The notes: generated by a model from the letters alone, not told the origin. Positions 1 through 9,682 are shown, numbered from the stretch's first letter. The stretch: DNA of 64,000 nt from Nitrososphaerota archaeon (GCA_011605725.1 JAAOZP010000014.1:64001-128000), one strand, 5' to 3'. Program-made: numbers and translations.

Positions 1-275
1 GAAACAGCTCCAACTACGAACTCTGATGAACCCGTTTTCGCAATAAAGTAATCCTCGTTTTCTCTAAAAGAAAATTTTTCAACCAGGCTCGGCCGCTTGT
101 AAAGCAGGAGAAGAACTATGGGGAGTAGAAGAATCGTTAAGAGTAGAGTGCTCCCTAAGGAGGGAAGGTTTGGGAAAAACTGGAGGTTTGAAAGGTTTTT
201 CACAATGCTTATGAGTATTGTGATGATTACCGCTACATAGGTCGGGTCAGGCTTTATATTCTTGCCGTCAGCCAT
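1..275 (-). CDS. Membrane protein of the pilus locus, runs off the window edge
   Basis: Read by hand: ATG at 275, open frame to base 1 (MADGKNIKPDPTYVAVIITILISIV...), two hydrophobic segments, 3 nt downstream of the pilin gene. Confidence 0.6.
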   Translation of the reverse strand, partial: MADGKNIKPDPTYVAVIITILISIVKNLSNLQFFPNLPSLGSTLLLTILLLPIVLLLLYKRPSLVEKFSFRENEDYFIAKTGSSEFVVGAV

Positions 276-278
276 TAT

Positions 279-518
279 TTATGGCAGCATCCAACCGAAT
301 AGGCTTTCGCCCAGTTTACCCACTTCCCCTATTAGAGAGTTGAAGAAGCCCGATATGTTGTCTACGACTTGTTTCGAAACTCCGAAGACGGCTCCCAGCA
401 TGACTAGTGCCAACACTATCAGCAGACCCTCTTCTATGAGTTGCGACCCTTTCAACTTTGTTTTCAAGATTCTTTTCAACCCACTATTAACACGAGTCTT
501 AGATAATTTAAGCACCAA
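279..518 (-). CDS. Archaeal type IV pilin with class III signal peptide
   Basis: Basic leader ending KLKG, then SQLIEE (E at +5) and a hydrophobic helix; in an operon with ATPase and platform genes. Confidence 0.75.
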   Translation of the reverse strand: MVLKLSKTRVNSGLKRILKTKLKGSQLIEEGLLIVLALVMLGAVFGVSKQVVDNISGFFNSLIGEVGKLGESLFGWMLP

Positions 519-523
519 TGATT

Positions 524-1324
524 CTATCCGCTGATTCGCATAGTGAAGCTGCTGATAATATTGTTGAAAACCAGGAATGATGCTGCGAAGCTTAAAGCTG
601 AGTAAAGTATTGTTTTCACAAGTGTTCTGAATGCTAGGGAGCGGTGAACAAGTATAGAGACGCTTAATACGTATAGGAAAAGGGAAATAAGCTGGGAAAA
701 ATCCCCCTGTAAAACGGATGTTGCTGAAAAATCTGAGAATGCGTTGAGAATGGGGGTTGCAGCAGAGAGGAAACCAATTAGAGAGGAGCTTACTACAAGC
801 ATTATCATGGCTCTAAACCTGGCTTCTGAAAAAAGAGTCCTCCTCTCATTCTTCAAAGCCTCGTTTTCCCTAAGCAGAACCACATAGCTCTTCAGAATTT
901 TTTTAGCAGAGACAGCATCCTTAACGAAAAGGCTTGAAGCAAGCCTGATTAAGAGCCTGCCTGTTCGGCTAAGCCCACTCGAATAGGATGTTAAAGTTTT
1001 CTCCATCGGATACCCGTTTATACTGTTGCGCATAGCTTTTTCGAAAAGACCACGGTAATCGGTTTTCAAATCTGGATCCGACAAAGTTTTGAAAACGGAA
1101 CCCTCAAGATTCAGGTTTTCAGGACTATCCGCTAACCTATCTACTAGTGTTAGGTCAACGGTCTCTGAAAGGTTTTCAGCATTGTTTTCCTTATTCCGAG
1201 TCATCATAAGCGTGTAGACTAGAAGCTGAATTGAGAATGCAACATACGGCTTAAGCTTTAAAACAGGCATTAAAAAGGCAAGTGTTCCAAGCCCTGTTAC
1301 TAGGAAAAAGCGTGTTTTACTCAA
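524..1324 (-). CDS. Pilus platform membrane protein (TadB/TadC, T2SS-F-like)
   Basis: Cytoplasmic helical domain followed by TM helices; downstream of secretion ATPase. Confidence 0.6.
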   Translation of the reverse strand: MSKTRFFLVTGLGTLAFLMPVLKLKPYVAFSIQLLVYTLMMTRNKENNAENLSETVDLTLVDRLADSPENLNLEGSVFKTLSDPDLKTDYRGLFEKAMRNSINGYPMEKTLTSYSSGLSRTGRLLIRLASSLFVKDAVSAKKILKSYVVLLRENEALKNERRTLFSEARFRAMIMLVVSSSLIGFLSAATPILNAFSDFSATSVLQGDFSQLISLFLYVLSVSILVHRSLAFRTLVKTILYSALSFAASFLVFNNIISSFTMRISG

Positions 1325-1887
1325 CCCAGCAGAACACTCCTAATCCTTCCGATCTTGTCGAAGAAGATGCGGAACACTATCATGCTTATGATGAAGAATG
1401 CTGAGAAGAGTATTGTCGAGGTTTCTGGTGAAAACCCGGAGACCAATATTATTGGTATTGGAACAAGAAAAACGTAGAAGAAGAATAGTGAAACTATGGA
1501 GTTAAGTTTCAACGTGTACTCATGATACTTCATTCTGGCTTTCGACTCAAGGATTCTGAATAGCACTAACGTCTCCTCAGGATCAGCTCTCTGCTTAGAA
1601 GTGTTCTGAACCACGTGAGTAATCGCGTTCAGTAGATCCGGATATTTTCTGAGAGCCTTGTTTAACGCTTTCTGAATATCTACACCATTCAGATCTTTTT
1701 TAAGACATTGATTTAAGACTGTGTAAAACTCTTCATATTTTTTACTTGAAACGTCGCAAATAGTTCTATAAAGGTTGTTGTATGCAGATTGAGCTATTAT
1801 TATTTCAGCTACAATTGGAGTTATTACCTCGTAAGCATGCTTATCATCATCTTTAAATATTCTTCTTAAAAACGTTTTCAATGTCAC
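1321..1887 (-). CDS. Second pilus platform membrane protein (TadB/TadC-like)
   Basis: Helical domain plus two C-terminal TM helices; 4-nt overlaps with both neighbours. Confidence 0.55.
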   Translation of the reverse strand: MTLKTFLRRIFKDDDKHAYEVITPIVAEIIIAQSAYNNLYRTICDVSSKKYEEFYTVLNQCLKKDLNGVDIQKALNKALRKYPDLLNAITHVVQNTSKQRADPEETLVLFRILESKARMKYHEYTLKLNSIVSLFFFYVFLVPIPIILVSGFSPETSTILFSAFFIISMIVFRIFFDKIGRIRSVLLG

Positions 1888-3749
1888 TTCTGAAAACCTC
1901 CTCCAGTCTTTCTAAGCATTTCCACGTGAATTTTTTGAACTAGAGCTTTAATGGTGAAATTGTCTGAAAAACGGTTCTCTAAAACCACTTTCAAGATGTC
2001 TTCATATTCTTCATAGAGGTTTTTCTCATCGATACAGCTTAAACCGGCTATTTTTCCGAAAAATCTTGAGGCTTCTAACCCAGTATAGCAGCGTAACTCG
2101 TCCGAAACAGTATGTCTCGAAAATATTTCATTAAGGCTCGAATCCTCGTCTATCAGAGCTATTTCCCAGACGAGCCGTTTAACAAAATTATTTGCCTCAA
2201 TCCTTCTCATAACTATTAGCAGATCAAGCTCTGAAACTAGGGCTCTAGGAACTCTGTAAACGTCTACAAGCCTTTTAAAGAAACCCTTGCCGGAAGCAGC
2301 GTGAGCAGTATGCATTATTCTTAAACCGGCTGAGACAGCGCGGAACATCGCTTTAACATGGCTTCCGGTTTGAACCTCTCCCAGAATCAGGTAGGAAGGA
2401 GTTCTGTGAAGAGCCTTAACTATTTCAAGCGTCTTATTATCGCTTCTTCCCCTGGTTTCGAATGGTTCAACCACATACACTATTCTATGCTGGTCGAAAA
2501 TCCTTGGGGGAAGTGTTTCAAGAGCGTCTTCAATATGCACTATGCGCCACCATGAGGGAGCAAAATAGCTTAGAAAGTTCAGGAGAGAGGTTTTCCCAGA
2601 ATTCGGCTCACCCAAGATAGAGATGTTTGCACGATTAAGAATTGCAAGGATTAGAAATGCTGCAGACTCGGGTGAAAAATACTCTGATTCTAAAAGATCC
2701 TTCAAGCGAAGCACGCCTACCATGTGTTTCCGAATGTCTAGCACGCCCTTCCCCAATGTTAGGGGAGGAATATCTATCGATACTCTTGTCAAAATCCTGT
2801 TGAACAAGATAGCGGTTTTAATCGAGGGGTTGGAGTAGTCCAGGCTCAGGCCTGATTCTCTTTTCACAAGCGACGTCAGGCTTTCAAAATCTCTTTCTTT
2901 AAACACAATATTCGTACGGAGCCTTCCGAAACGGGAATGGTCGACGTAAAGCCTTCTCCCTACATCGTCTAAGAAGAAACACTGAACATCACTGTCTTTC
3001 AATAATGGGTATATTTTCGACAAGCCTATGGAGGAGTATACTGCGTGTCTAACTATGGAGTTTGCCGGCTCCGTCTCACCTCGCGTTAACACTTTCAAAA
3101 ACCTTAAGCCGACTTTAAACCTGTAGCTAAATATGTCTTTAAGCCTACCGGTTTTAAGCATTCTCCTAGAGTAGGCTAGTCGCAGAATTTTCGAAAGCTC
3201 CTTCTCAATCCAGAAGTAATCGTCAGTCTTGAAAAAAACCCTGTAGAAACCGCTTTTAGAATCCACGCAGTACAGCAGGTGGCCAAGCACGTAGCTGTGT
3301 TCAGCCTGCCAAGTGTTGTGGAAAACCCTTTCGAATTCCTGGAAGCTGCACTCGGAAAAAAGTTTGATTGATGCGGGAAACCGTAATAATGGCTTAGAAT
3401 ATATGCTTCCATAGAATGGCCTGATGGAAAGCATTCCTCGGGAAGTATCAAGGTCAAGACTATTCTCCAGAAGTTTTTTGTAAAGCTCTTCCTTCTCCTT
3501 CTCAGCCTCCCGTGAGAGATTCTTTAATAATCCAACATATTGTTTCTGAACTTCAAGCAAACGATCATCAACATGAACCAGTATTCTCTCTGGCTTGAAA
3601 TACATGAGTTTATGCATGATATCGCAGAGAAGCCAAGGATCGGTTTTTGAGGAACCTGAATACGACAGGTATAAAGCCCTATTCCTATAATCCCAGGCCC
3701 ATTTTCTTTCAAAGCCGGTATGAAGGAAATTCTGTTCAACGCTGCTCAT
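1884..3749 (-). CDS. Type II/IV secretion (pilus assembly) ATPase, VirB11/TadA family
   Basis: Walker A GEPNSGKT, Asp box HIEDALE, Walker B LILGEV, His box TAHA. Confidence 0.85.
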   Translation of the reverse strand: MSSVEQNFLHTGFERKWAWDYRNRALYLSYSGSSKTDPWLLCDIMHKLMYFKPERILVHVDDRLLEVQKQYVGLLKNLSREAEKEKEELYKKLLENSLDLDTSRGMLSIRPFYGSIYSKPLLRFPASIKLFSECSFQEFERVFHNTWQAEHSYVLGHLLYCVDSKSGFYRVFFKTDDYFWIEKELSKILRLAYSRRMLKTGRLKDIFSYRFKVGLRFLKVLTRGETEPANSIVRHAVYSSIGLSKIYPLLKDSDVQCFFLDDVGRRLYVDHSRFGRLRTNIVFKERDFESLTSLVKRESGLSLDYSNPSIKTAILFNRILTRVSIDIPPLTLGKGVLDIRKHMVGVLRLKDLLESEYFSPESAAFLILAILNRANISILGEPNSGKTSLLNFLSYFAPSWWRIVHIEDALETLPPRIFDQHRIVYVVEPFETRGRSDNKTLEIVKALHRTPSYLILGEVQTGSHVKAMFRAVSAGLRIMHTAHAASGKGFFKRLVDVYRVPRALVSELDLLIVMRRIEANNFVKRLVWEIALIDEDSSLNEIFSRHTVSDELRCYTGLEASRFFGKIAGLSCIDEKNLYEEYEDILKVVLENRFSDNFTIKALVQKIHVEMLRKTGGGFQK

Positions 3750-3895
3750 TTCGGAGCAACCTTTAGGAGTTCGCTTAACTCCCGATACTTCTTCTCGAGG
3801 TTTAAAATTCTAGTGTTCAACTTCCCTATATGCACCTTCAAATCCTCTATCTCCTGAAGTATTGCGTTAACCATCATGTCATCTTGGAAGATCAT
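3746..3895 (-). CDS. Small coiled-coil protein (49 aa), not in the ORF track
   Basis: MIFQDDMMVNAILQEIEDLKVHIGKLNTRILNLEKKYRELSELLKVAPK; its stop overlaps the ATPase start (ATGA). Confidence 0.55.
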   Translation of the reverse strand: MIFQDDMMVNAILQEIEDLKVHIGKLNTRILNLEKKYRELSELLKVAPK

Positions 3896-4029
3896 CTTCA
3901 AACCAGAATGGTGAGAAACCTATTTATTCACCAATACTGACCCGTTGGCGGTTATAAGGCTTAGACACTGGTATGATTCTGGGTTGAAAAAGCACATGGA
4001 AGCCGTATGGCTTAAGAGGATGATCATCC

Positions 4030-4173
4030 ATGAGTAACCTGCTTGAGAAAACCCTGGTAATACTGCTTTCCATAATCCTCTTTGGACTGGGTTTAGAATA
4101 CTTATCGGAGCGAGTAATACCTATGATTAAGCAGATTTGTGAAAGCGTGGCTAAGCTGCTTGCCGCAGGCTAG
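4030..4173 (+). CDS. Small pilin-like protein (47 aa) without a basic leader, not in the ORF track
   Basis: MSNLLEKTLVILLSIILFGLG...; SD-like GAGGATGA upstream; first gene of the divergent operon. Confidence 0.55.
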   Translation: MSNLLEKTLVILLSIILFGLGLEYLSERVIPMIKQICESVAKLLAAG

Positions 4174-4184
4174 GGTGAAACAGT

Positions 4185-4564
4185 TTGAACGAAATCCTTG
4201 AGGAGCATTTGAAGGACGCTCTCTGGATAACTTTGACGCTCACAGTAAGCTTTACACTTCTTCGTGCTGCGAACACTGTTATAACGGTTTTTTCAACAAA
4301 GGTTTTTAACAGTATCCTGTTTTTGATAGGGAAATATGCTGATCTCTCAGCGGAATACGGAGGAGAGTTCACCATATCTATGCCGGGAAACTCCTACTTG
4401 ATTATTCAATCCTGCTTAAGAATAATGAGTATTCTATTGTGATTCATGGGATTCGAGTCTTCTACGGGACTTGGAAATACAGGTTTAACAGCGTGTCTTT
4501 AGAGCCAGGTGGAACATACTCTTTGAAGAAAACAGAGAATGGATTTGTTTTAACCAAACGATGA
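4185..4564 (+). CDS. Minor pilin-like protein with a frameshift near 4385-4390
   Basis: N-terminal TM helix; adding one base in GGGAAA continues as LLLDYSILLKNNEYSIVIHG...FVLTKR, ending in an ATGA overlap with the next gene. Confidence 0.5.
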
Positions 4565-4692
4565 GCGACAAGCTTCTAGATTTCCTAGAATCATCATTCC
4601 TGATTTTTCTGCTAGTCTTAGAACTAGCGTTGGCTGTTCTTCTCACCTTAAGCAATGTTTCCACTCTAACTCGGCTTGCTGAGCAAGTGTGA
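4561..4692 (+). CDS. Small membrane/pilin-like protein (43 aa), not in the ORF track
   Basis: MSDKLLDFLESSFLIFLLVLELALAVLL...; tightly packed between neighbours. Confidence 0.5.
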   Translation: MSDKLLDFLESSFLIFLLVLELALAVLLTLSNVSTLTRLAEQV

Positions 4693-4698
4693 GTAGGG

Positions 4699-5082
4699 AT
4701 GCAGTTTTTAGAGGGAACCATCGCAATCGTCCTGAGCACTCTCCTATTAATACCGATAATAACTGTCTCGCAAAGTATCAGAAACACGTTTGAAAGAATA
4801 GAAGCAATAGGAATAGATTTGGTTTTGGAGAGAAGCCTTGCAGGAATCCCTCAGCAGAACCTAGCTGACTCTGAAACCCTGCTCAGCGAAGTTGCCAGGA
4901 TCCTGGATTCTAACGGGCTTGAGTGGAGTAGAATAGAGCTTCTGAGCAGGAAGAATGGAAGAACAGTGGTGGAGGGCAAACAGGTCTCAAAAAATCTTGA
5001 TGAACAACATACTAGGCTAATTAGAATAGTCAGAGTAAGTAGTGAAGACATTGTGTGCATAGTGGTGAGTTTTAGAAAATGA
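4699..5082 (+). CDS. Minor pilin-like protein
   Basis: MQFLEGTIAIVLSTLLLIPII: E5 plus hydrophobic helix, then a small alpha/beta domain. Confidence 0.55.
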   Translation: MQFLEGTIAIVLSTLLLIPIITVSQSIRNTFERIEAIGIDLVLERSLAGIPQQNLADSETLLSEVARILDSNGLEWSRIELLSRKNGRTVVEGKQVSKNLDEQHTRLIRIVRVSSEDIVCIVVSFRK

Positions 5083-5546
5083 TTAAAACATGGATGATGC
5101 CTATAGTTGCCTCGACAGCCATCATGGTTTTGCTTTTGACAGTGAACCTAATGGTCCAGTCTGGAAGCATTCTTCTAGAAGGCTTTTTGAAGCAGAGAGA
5201 AAAACTAGTTTTAGCCGACTCTCTAGTAAACGATGTTTTCAACAGTGTGGAGGACATTGCAGAAACAAGCATGAGTTCTTCACAGGGTAATTTCTCTGAG
5301 TTTAGGAAAATCCTAGTGGATAGGATAGAACGCTTCAAATCTGAGAATCTTTATGGGGAATTTTTCAAAGAGTGTGGGATTATTGCGCAGTTTAACTACA
5401 CCATTGAAACCCGTGAGGAGGAGCTTTTAATAGAGGTTACGTGCAGGATTCGCGTGAGTGATCCTGAAGGCTTATTCGAATACGAACGTGTTTACAAGAC
5501 GGTTAAACGGCAGGGTTCTGCTCTGTATGATGGTTCAACGGGTTGA
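5079..5546 (+). CDS. Minor pilin-like / membrane-anchored protein
   Basis: N-terminal hydrophobic helix; ATGA overlap with previous gene. Confidence 0.5.
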   Translation: MIKTWMMPIVASTAIMVLLLTVNLMVQSGSILLEGFLKQREKLVLADSLVNDVFNSVEDIAETSMSSSQGNFSEFRKILVDRIERFKSENLYGEFFKECGIIAQFNYTIETREEELLIEVTCRIRVSDPEGLFEYERVYKTVKRQGSALYDGSTG

Positions 5547-6436
5547 GATGTTTTCCCGAAGAACTCTTCATATGTTTCTCTAACGCTGTACTCTGCATAC
5601 CCCACGTATCCAGCCAGCTCCCTCTGAGTCACAGGGTTCTTAATCTTTAACATGGCCGAAGCCTCCTTTGATGCTGCATAAATTGCTGCTGCTAAACATA
5701 TCATGGGGTTTTTACCATGAAAATAATAGTGTTTAGATTTTAAATCATTAAAGAGCCTGATGGACATCGGCCTAAGAATGTTTAGAAAAGTTTCTCTTTC
5801 AGCAAGAGATTGAAGCTTACGGTTATTTCTTATTATCAGAGATATTATCTCGTTGATCGTTTTAACTGCATCGTATTTCGCTTCTGCAATCCCGATTTCC
5901 CTCGCAATAGAGATCACGTTGAACAGGTCTCTCGGCCGGATTTTAAAACCTATGCTACGCAGGTACGCCTGTATCTTCTTATAGTGCGGAGCAATGTTTA
6001 AACTACAGGATCTTGCTGTGCTAACTACGGAGTATGCTGCAACCGCCGCCAAACTAATCTTTCTATTTTTAGAGCTGCGCAGCAATGTTAAACCAATACT
6101 GAGAGAAAACAGTCTTACTGAATGCCCAAGATGGAAATTGCTACAGACTTTGTCTATTATCCATTTCAGCTCATTCTCCTTCCTAGTAGCAGAGTAGAAA
6201 ATGCTCTTCTGAAGTCTAGAAACATTGTTTTTAAAACCGTGCTCCGCCATGAGGCTTCCGTAGCAGGAGTCTCCGTGAGCCGTGTGATCCTGATCATAGG
6301 ATGCGACATACTTATCTATGAAGTCAACCACTAAGCCGCACCTGCTGCAAACAAGCTCGTTATCTGAGTTAACAAGTGGCGAATTGCAATCTGGGCATTT
6401 GAGGAGAACAGGTGGTTGAACTGTTTCCTGTTCCAT
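5492..6436 (-). CDS. tfb: Divergent transcription factor B (TFIIB) paralogue
   Basis: Zn ribbon CPDC...LVCSRCGLV, two cyclin repeats (GKNP...LAAAIY, VTQRELA); start taken at ATG 6436. Confidence 0.7.
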   Translation of the reverse strand: MEQETVQPPVLLKCPDCNSPLVNSDNELVCSRCGLVVDFIDKYVASYDQDHTAHGDSCYGSLMAEHGFKNNVSRLQKSIFYSATRKENELKWIIDKVCSNFHLGHSVRLFSLSIGLTLLRSSKNRKISLAAVAAYSVVSTARSCSLNIAPHYKKIQAYLRSIGFKIRPRDLFNVISIAREIGIAEAKYDAVKTINEIISLIIRNNRKLQSLAERETFLNILRPMSIRLFNDLKSKHYYFHGKNPMICLAAAIYAASKEASAMLKIKNPVTQRELAGYVGYAEYSVRETYEEFFGKTSQPVEPSYRAEPCRLTVL

Positions 6437-6557
6437 TTCTAAAAGTACCATTAGCAGAACAATAAAAATAGCCACGAAAAAAAGCTATGTTTTAGGATAA
6501 GCTCCTTACTTCAGAAAGTATTAAAAACAGGGAGTGTACTGTAAAAGTGATGTTGAA

Positions 6558-6983
6558 ATGATGAGAACAGGGTTCACGACAGAGGTTAATCGTTTAATAG
6601 GTAAGAAGGTTGCAGTGGTTACTCAAAGCGGTGAGGAGCTTCAGGGTGTTTTAGCCTCGCTGGATGTTGATACTTTTTCAGTGATTTTGAACGATGTTGA
6701 GTTGAAAGGAGGCAGGAAGATTCCTAAGGTGATACTCAACGGGAGTGACGTTAGGAGAATAGAGGTGAGGGCAGCAATCCTGGATTTAAGGAAACTTGCT
6801 GAGAGGATAGAGAGAGTCTTTCCGAAAATGGTTCAGTATAACGAGGAGGCTGGTGTCATAATAGTGATGAACAGGATAAGGGTTACTGAGAATGGAGTTA
6901 TCGAAGGAAGTGGGCTGGCAGCTGAAAAAGTGAGTGAAATATATAACGATTTTATTAAAGAGAGCTCCGCGGAAAAAGAATAA
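6558..6983 (+). CDS. Sm-like archaeal protein with C-terminal domain (SmAP3/Lsm)
   Basis: Sm1/Sm2 motifs (LIGKKVAV...GVLASLD, VILNGSDV) plus Lsm C-terminal domain. Confidence 0.85.
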   Translation: MMRTGFTTEVNRLIGKKVAVVTQSGEELQGVLASLDVDTFSVILNDVELKGGRKIPKVILNGSDVRRIEVRAAILDLRKLAERIERVFPKMVQYNEEAGVIIVMNRIRVTENGVIEGSGLAAEKVSEIYNDFIKESSAEKE

Positions 6984-6991
6984 TTACTCTG

Positions 6992-7627
6992 TCAATCCTT
7001 TGAAAAATATTTTTTAAGAAAGCTGATGACACTATTCTGAGCTGTTTTAGCGGCAGCAAGGTCCGGACTTTCTCCATTGGTCTCAATAAGGATGCATGCG
7101 CTGTCAAAACCATGAAGGCTTGCGAGCCCAGGAATTAGGCCTGCAGCTCCCACGACTGTACCCCTTAAAGGCAGGAACCCGAGGGAGGCACCAAGCATCG
7201 AGATCCTCCAATTAGTAGAGGAAATATAGACCCTTCTTTTCTCACCAACCCGTGTTATAGCATACCCGCCTATGCCTATGATGATCCTTATTCCAGATTC
7301 CTCCGCAACCTCTATCAGTCTCCTGGCTAACTCATACTGGTTAAATTGAGTAGTAGGCTGGGAGACGCCTCTGACTATAGTGATGCCCTTAAACTCTCCT
7401 GTGCTGATTTTGTTGATAGTTATTTTCGGAGGAGTTATCAGGCCCTCTCTAGAGGTTACTGATACGTAGAGGAGAGACTCAGGGTAAAGCTCCAGAATCG
7501 GAATGTTTTCAACAGCAGACTCCATGAGCAGCTCGCCTGTTAACGAGCCTACGAGACCGATACCCGGGAGGCATATCAGCATACAGTCTGCAGTCCAAGC
7601 CTCTTTTCTAAGAACTTTCTCCAGCAA
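6992..7627 (-). CDS. PAC2 family proteasome assembly chaperone
   Basis: LPGIGLVG, IGIGGY, VGAAGL, PDLAAA motifs. Confidence 0.8.
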   Translation of the reverse strand: MLEKVLRKEAWTADCMLICLPGIGLVGSLTGELLMESAVENIPILELYPESLLYVSVTSREGLITPPKITINKISTGEFKGITIVRGVSQPTTQFNQYELARRLIEVAEESGIRIIIGIGGYAITRVGEKRRVYISSTNWRISMLGASLGFLPLRGTVVGAAGLIPGLASLHGFDSACILIETNGESPDLAAAKTAQNSVISFLKKYFSKD

Positions 7628-8101
7628 TCCTTTTACCCCCTGGAAAGCCCCGGGTCCTATTAAAGCTTTTTAATTAAACTCGGTTGCGATACTACTTCCA
7701 CCAACCCCCATTCTTCAAGTGCTAGGTTCCAGCAAGAGGGTTTAGAGGTAGAAGCGGGTTGGATGCTAGAGTCTTGTTGCAGCACGCGGTGCCCAAGTAA
7801 AAAGGGGAAAGATTTCTTAGTCACGTTTTAATCATGTATTCGGAGTATGGGTCATACCAGTAGAAGTCACTCGACTTAGCAAGCCTCCTAGCAGATCTGA
7901 TTAGAGTGAAGGGCCACGCATGTATTTCATGCCTGAGCTGCCTCACGGGACAGTGATAAGCATGAAGAAGTAGGCTGAAATATATGCTGTAGCAATATGG
8001 TAGATCCTTAGTAAGGAGATTATGGGAGTTTAAAAGGAACTCCAGGGGAGAGTTAAAACTTTAAATAAAGACCTGGAGAAAGCGTTGAAGAGGATTAAAA
8101 C

Positions 8102-9358
8102 ATGCTTATAAAATTTCTAGGCGGAGTACGCGAAGTAGGGAGGTCAGCCATTTACTTGGCGGGTCGGGAGAAACGCCTCCTGCTAGACGCTGGAGTAATG
8201 CTCTCCGGGAGGCAGGTTAAATACCCCATGCACATCCCGCCAAGAGAAGTAGACGGCATAATCATAACTCACGCTCATCTTGATCATGTTGGAGCTGCAC
8301 CCATATTCTTCATAAGTGGAGGGAGAGAATCCTTCCTAACGAGTTTAACAGCACCACTTGCTAAACTTATATTGCTGGACTTCATCCGGGTGTCGAAGGA
8401 AACCGTTCCATTCGAAGTTCTTGAAGTAGACAAGTTTGTAAGCAGGTCGAGAAAGCTCAGTTACCAAGAGGAGTACTCTAGAGACGGCTTTAAACTCGTC
8501 TTCCTGTCAGCAGGCCATACTCCTGGAGGAGGACAGGTTTTACTCGAGCTTGACGGGAGAAGGGTGCTCTACACGGGGGACATTAACACTGTTGAAACAA
8601 CTCTGCTTAAAGGCGCTTATACTGATTATCCTCCGGTTGACGTAGCGGTTGTTGAAAGCACTTACGCAAATAAGAATCACCCGCCTAGGGAGGAGGTTGA
8701 GGCGAAGTTCGTTAGAAAACTCGGCGAAACCGTTGAAAGAGGCGGTATAGCGCTTGTCCCAGCCTTCGGCCTAGGAAGGTCTCAGGAAGTAATAACGATA
8801 CTTGCTAAACACGGTTTTCCCCATGACGTTTATTATGACGGCATGGCTAGGACTGTGACCGAGATACTTTTTGATTTCCCAGAATGGCTGTCTCACCCCG
8901 ACCTTCTTGAGAAAGCAGCTAGGCAAGTTATATGGATAACCACGCAAAGACAGAGGGAGGAAGCCTTAAAGAGGCCCGGAGTGATCGTTACGCCAGCCGG
9001 GATGCTTCAAGGAGGCCCTGTCAACTTCTACCTTAAAGAGGTTGGGAAGTCTGACAGGAACCTGATAGCGTTCGTCAGCTATCAGGTTGAAGGGACTCCG
9101 GGAAGGCTTCTCTTGGAGAAGAAAATAGTATCAGTGGATGGGAAACTGGCTAAGGTCAAGGCGGAGGTGAAGCATTTCGAGCTTTCTTCGCACAGCGGGA
9201 AGGATCAGCTTGAGGAATTGGTAAGTAGGATTAAGGCGGAGAAAACCTTCATAGTTCACGGTGATTCGGATAACTGTGAGAAGCTGGCGGAATACGCTAG
9301 GAAGCGTCTTGGTCTTGACGCAGTAGCACCGGAGCTCGGAGAGAGCTATTCCATCTAG
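8102..9358 (+). CDS. beta-CASP MBL-fold ribonuclease (aCPSF2-like)
   Basis: GGVREVGRS, THAHLDH, AGHTPG, YTGD, ESTY, SSHSG, VHGD. Confidence 0.88.
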   Translation: MLIKFLGGVREVGRSAIYLAGREKRLLLDAGVMLSGRQVKYPMHIPPREVDGIIITHAHLDHVGAAPIFFISGGRESFLTSLTAPLAKLILLDFIRVSKETVPFEVLEVDKFVSRSRKLSYQEEYSRDGFKLVFLSAGHTPGGGQVLLELDGRRVLYTGDINTVETTLLKGAYTDYPPVDVAVVESTYANKNHPPREEVEAKFVRKLGETVERGGIALVPAFGLGRSQEVITILAKHGFPHDVYYDGMARTVTEILFDFPEWLSHPDLLEKAARQVIWITTQRQREEALKRPGVIVTPAGMLQGGPVNFYLKEVGKSDRNLIAFVSYQVEGTPGRLLLEKKIVSVDGKLAKVKAEVKHFELSSHSGKDQLEELVSRIKAEKTFIVHGDSDNCEKLAEYARKRLGLDAVAPELGESYSI

Positions 9359-9376
9359 CGGAAACCATGAGGAGAA

Positions 9377-9469
9377 TGGGCCGGGCCGGATTTCCGATTA
9401 ATCCTTGTTTTCGAACCGGCGACCTCCGCTGTGTGAGAGCGGCGTCCTAACCATCTGAACGACCGGCCC
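9377..9469 (-). tRNA. tRNA-Val(CAC) with a 19-nt intron at position 59/60 (9391-9409)
   Basis: Cloverleaf GGGCCGG...CCGCT-CTCACAC-AGCGG...GCCGG-TTCGAA[intron]T-CCGGC-CCGGCCC-A; bulge-helix-bulge-like splice sites. Confidence 0.9.
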
Positions 9470-9514
9470 GTTTAAAAGGTTCAACGCCTGTTTTATATTC
9501 TTTTCTATGCGACC

Positions 9515-9682
9515 CTATTTCTTGGCTCTCCTCTCAGTCCTTTTAGGCCTAAGGTTCTTACTGTGGCATTTTCTACACTTCTTCGCATCAATAGCATTCC
9601 TAGCGCCGCAGTTCCTACATATCATGAACCGCAGCCTCCGGTTCTTAACTATCTCGATCAACACCGGGTCGCTTATCTTCAT
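9515..9682 (-). CDS. rpl40e: 50S ribosomal protein L40e, not in the ORF track
   Basis: MKISDPVLIEIVKNRRLRFMICRNCGARNAIDAKKCRKCHSKNLRPKRTERRAKK. Confidence 0.93.
   Translation of the reverse strand: MKISDPVLIEIVKNRRLRFMICRNCGARNAIDAKKCRKCHSKNLRPKRTERRAKK

Noticed and set aside
7628-8101. RNase P or SRP RNA in the long intergenic gap
   Set aside because: No P4 signature or SRP helix 8 motif seen, and not GC-rich enough
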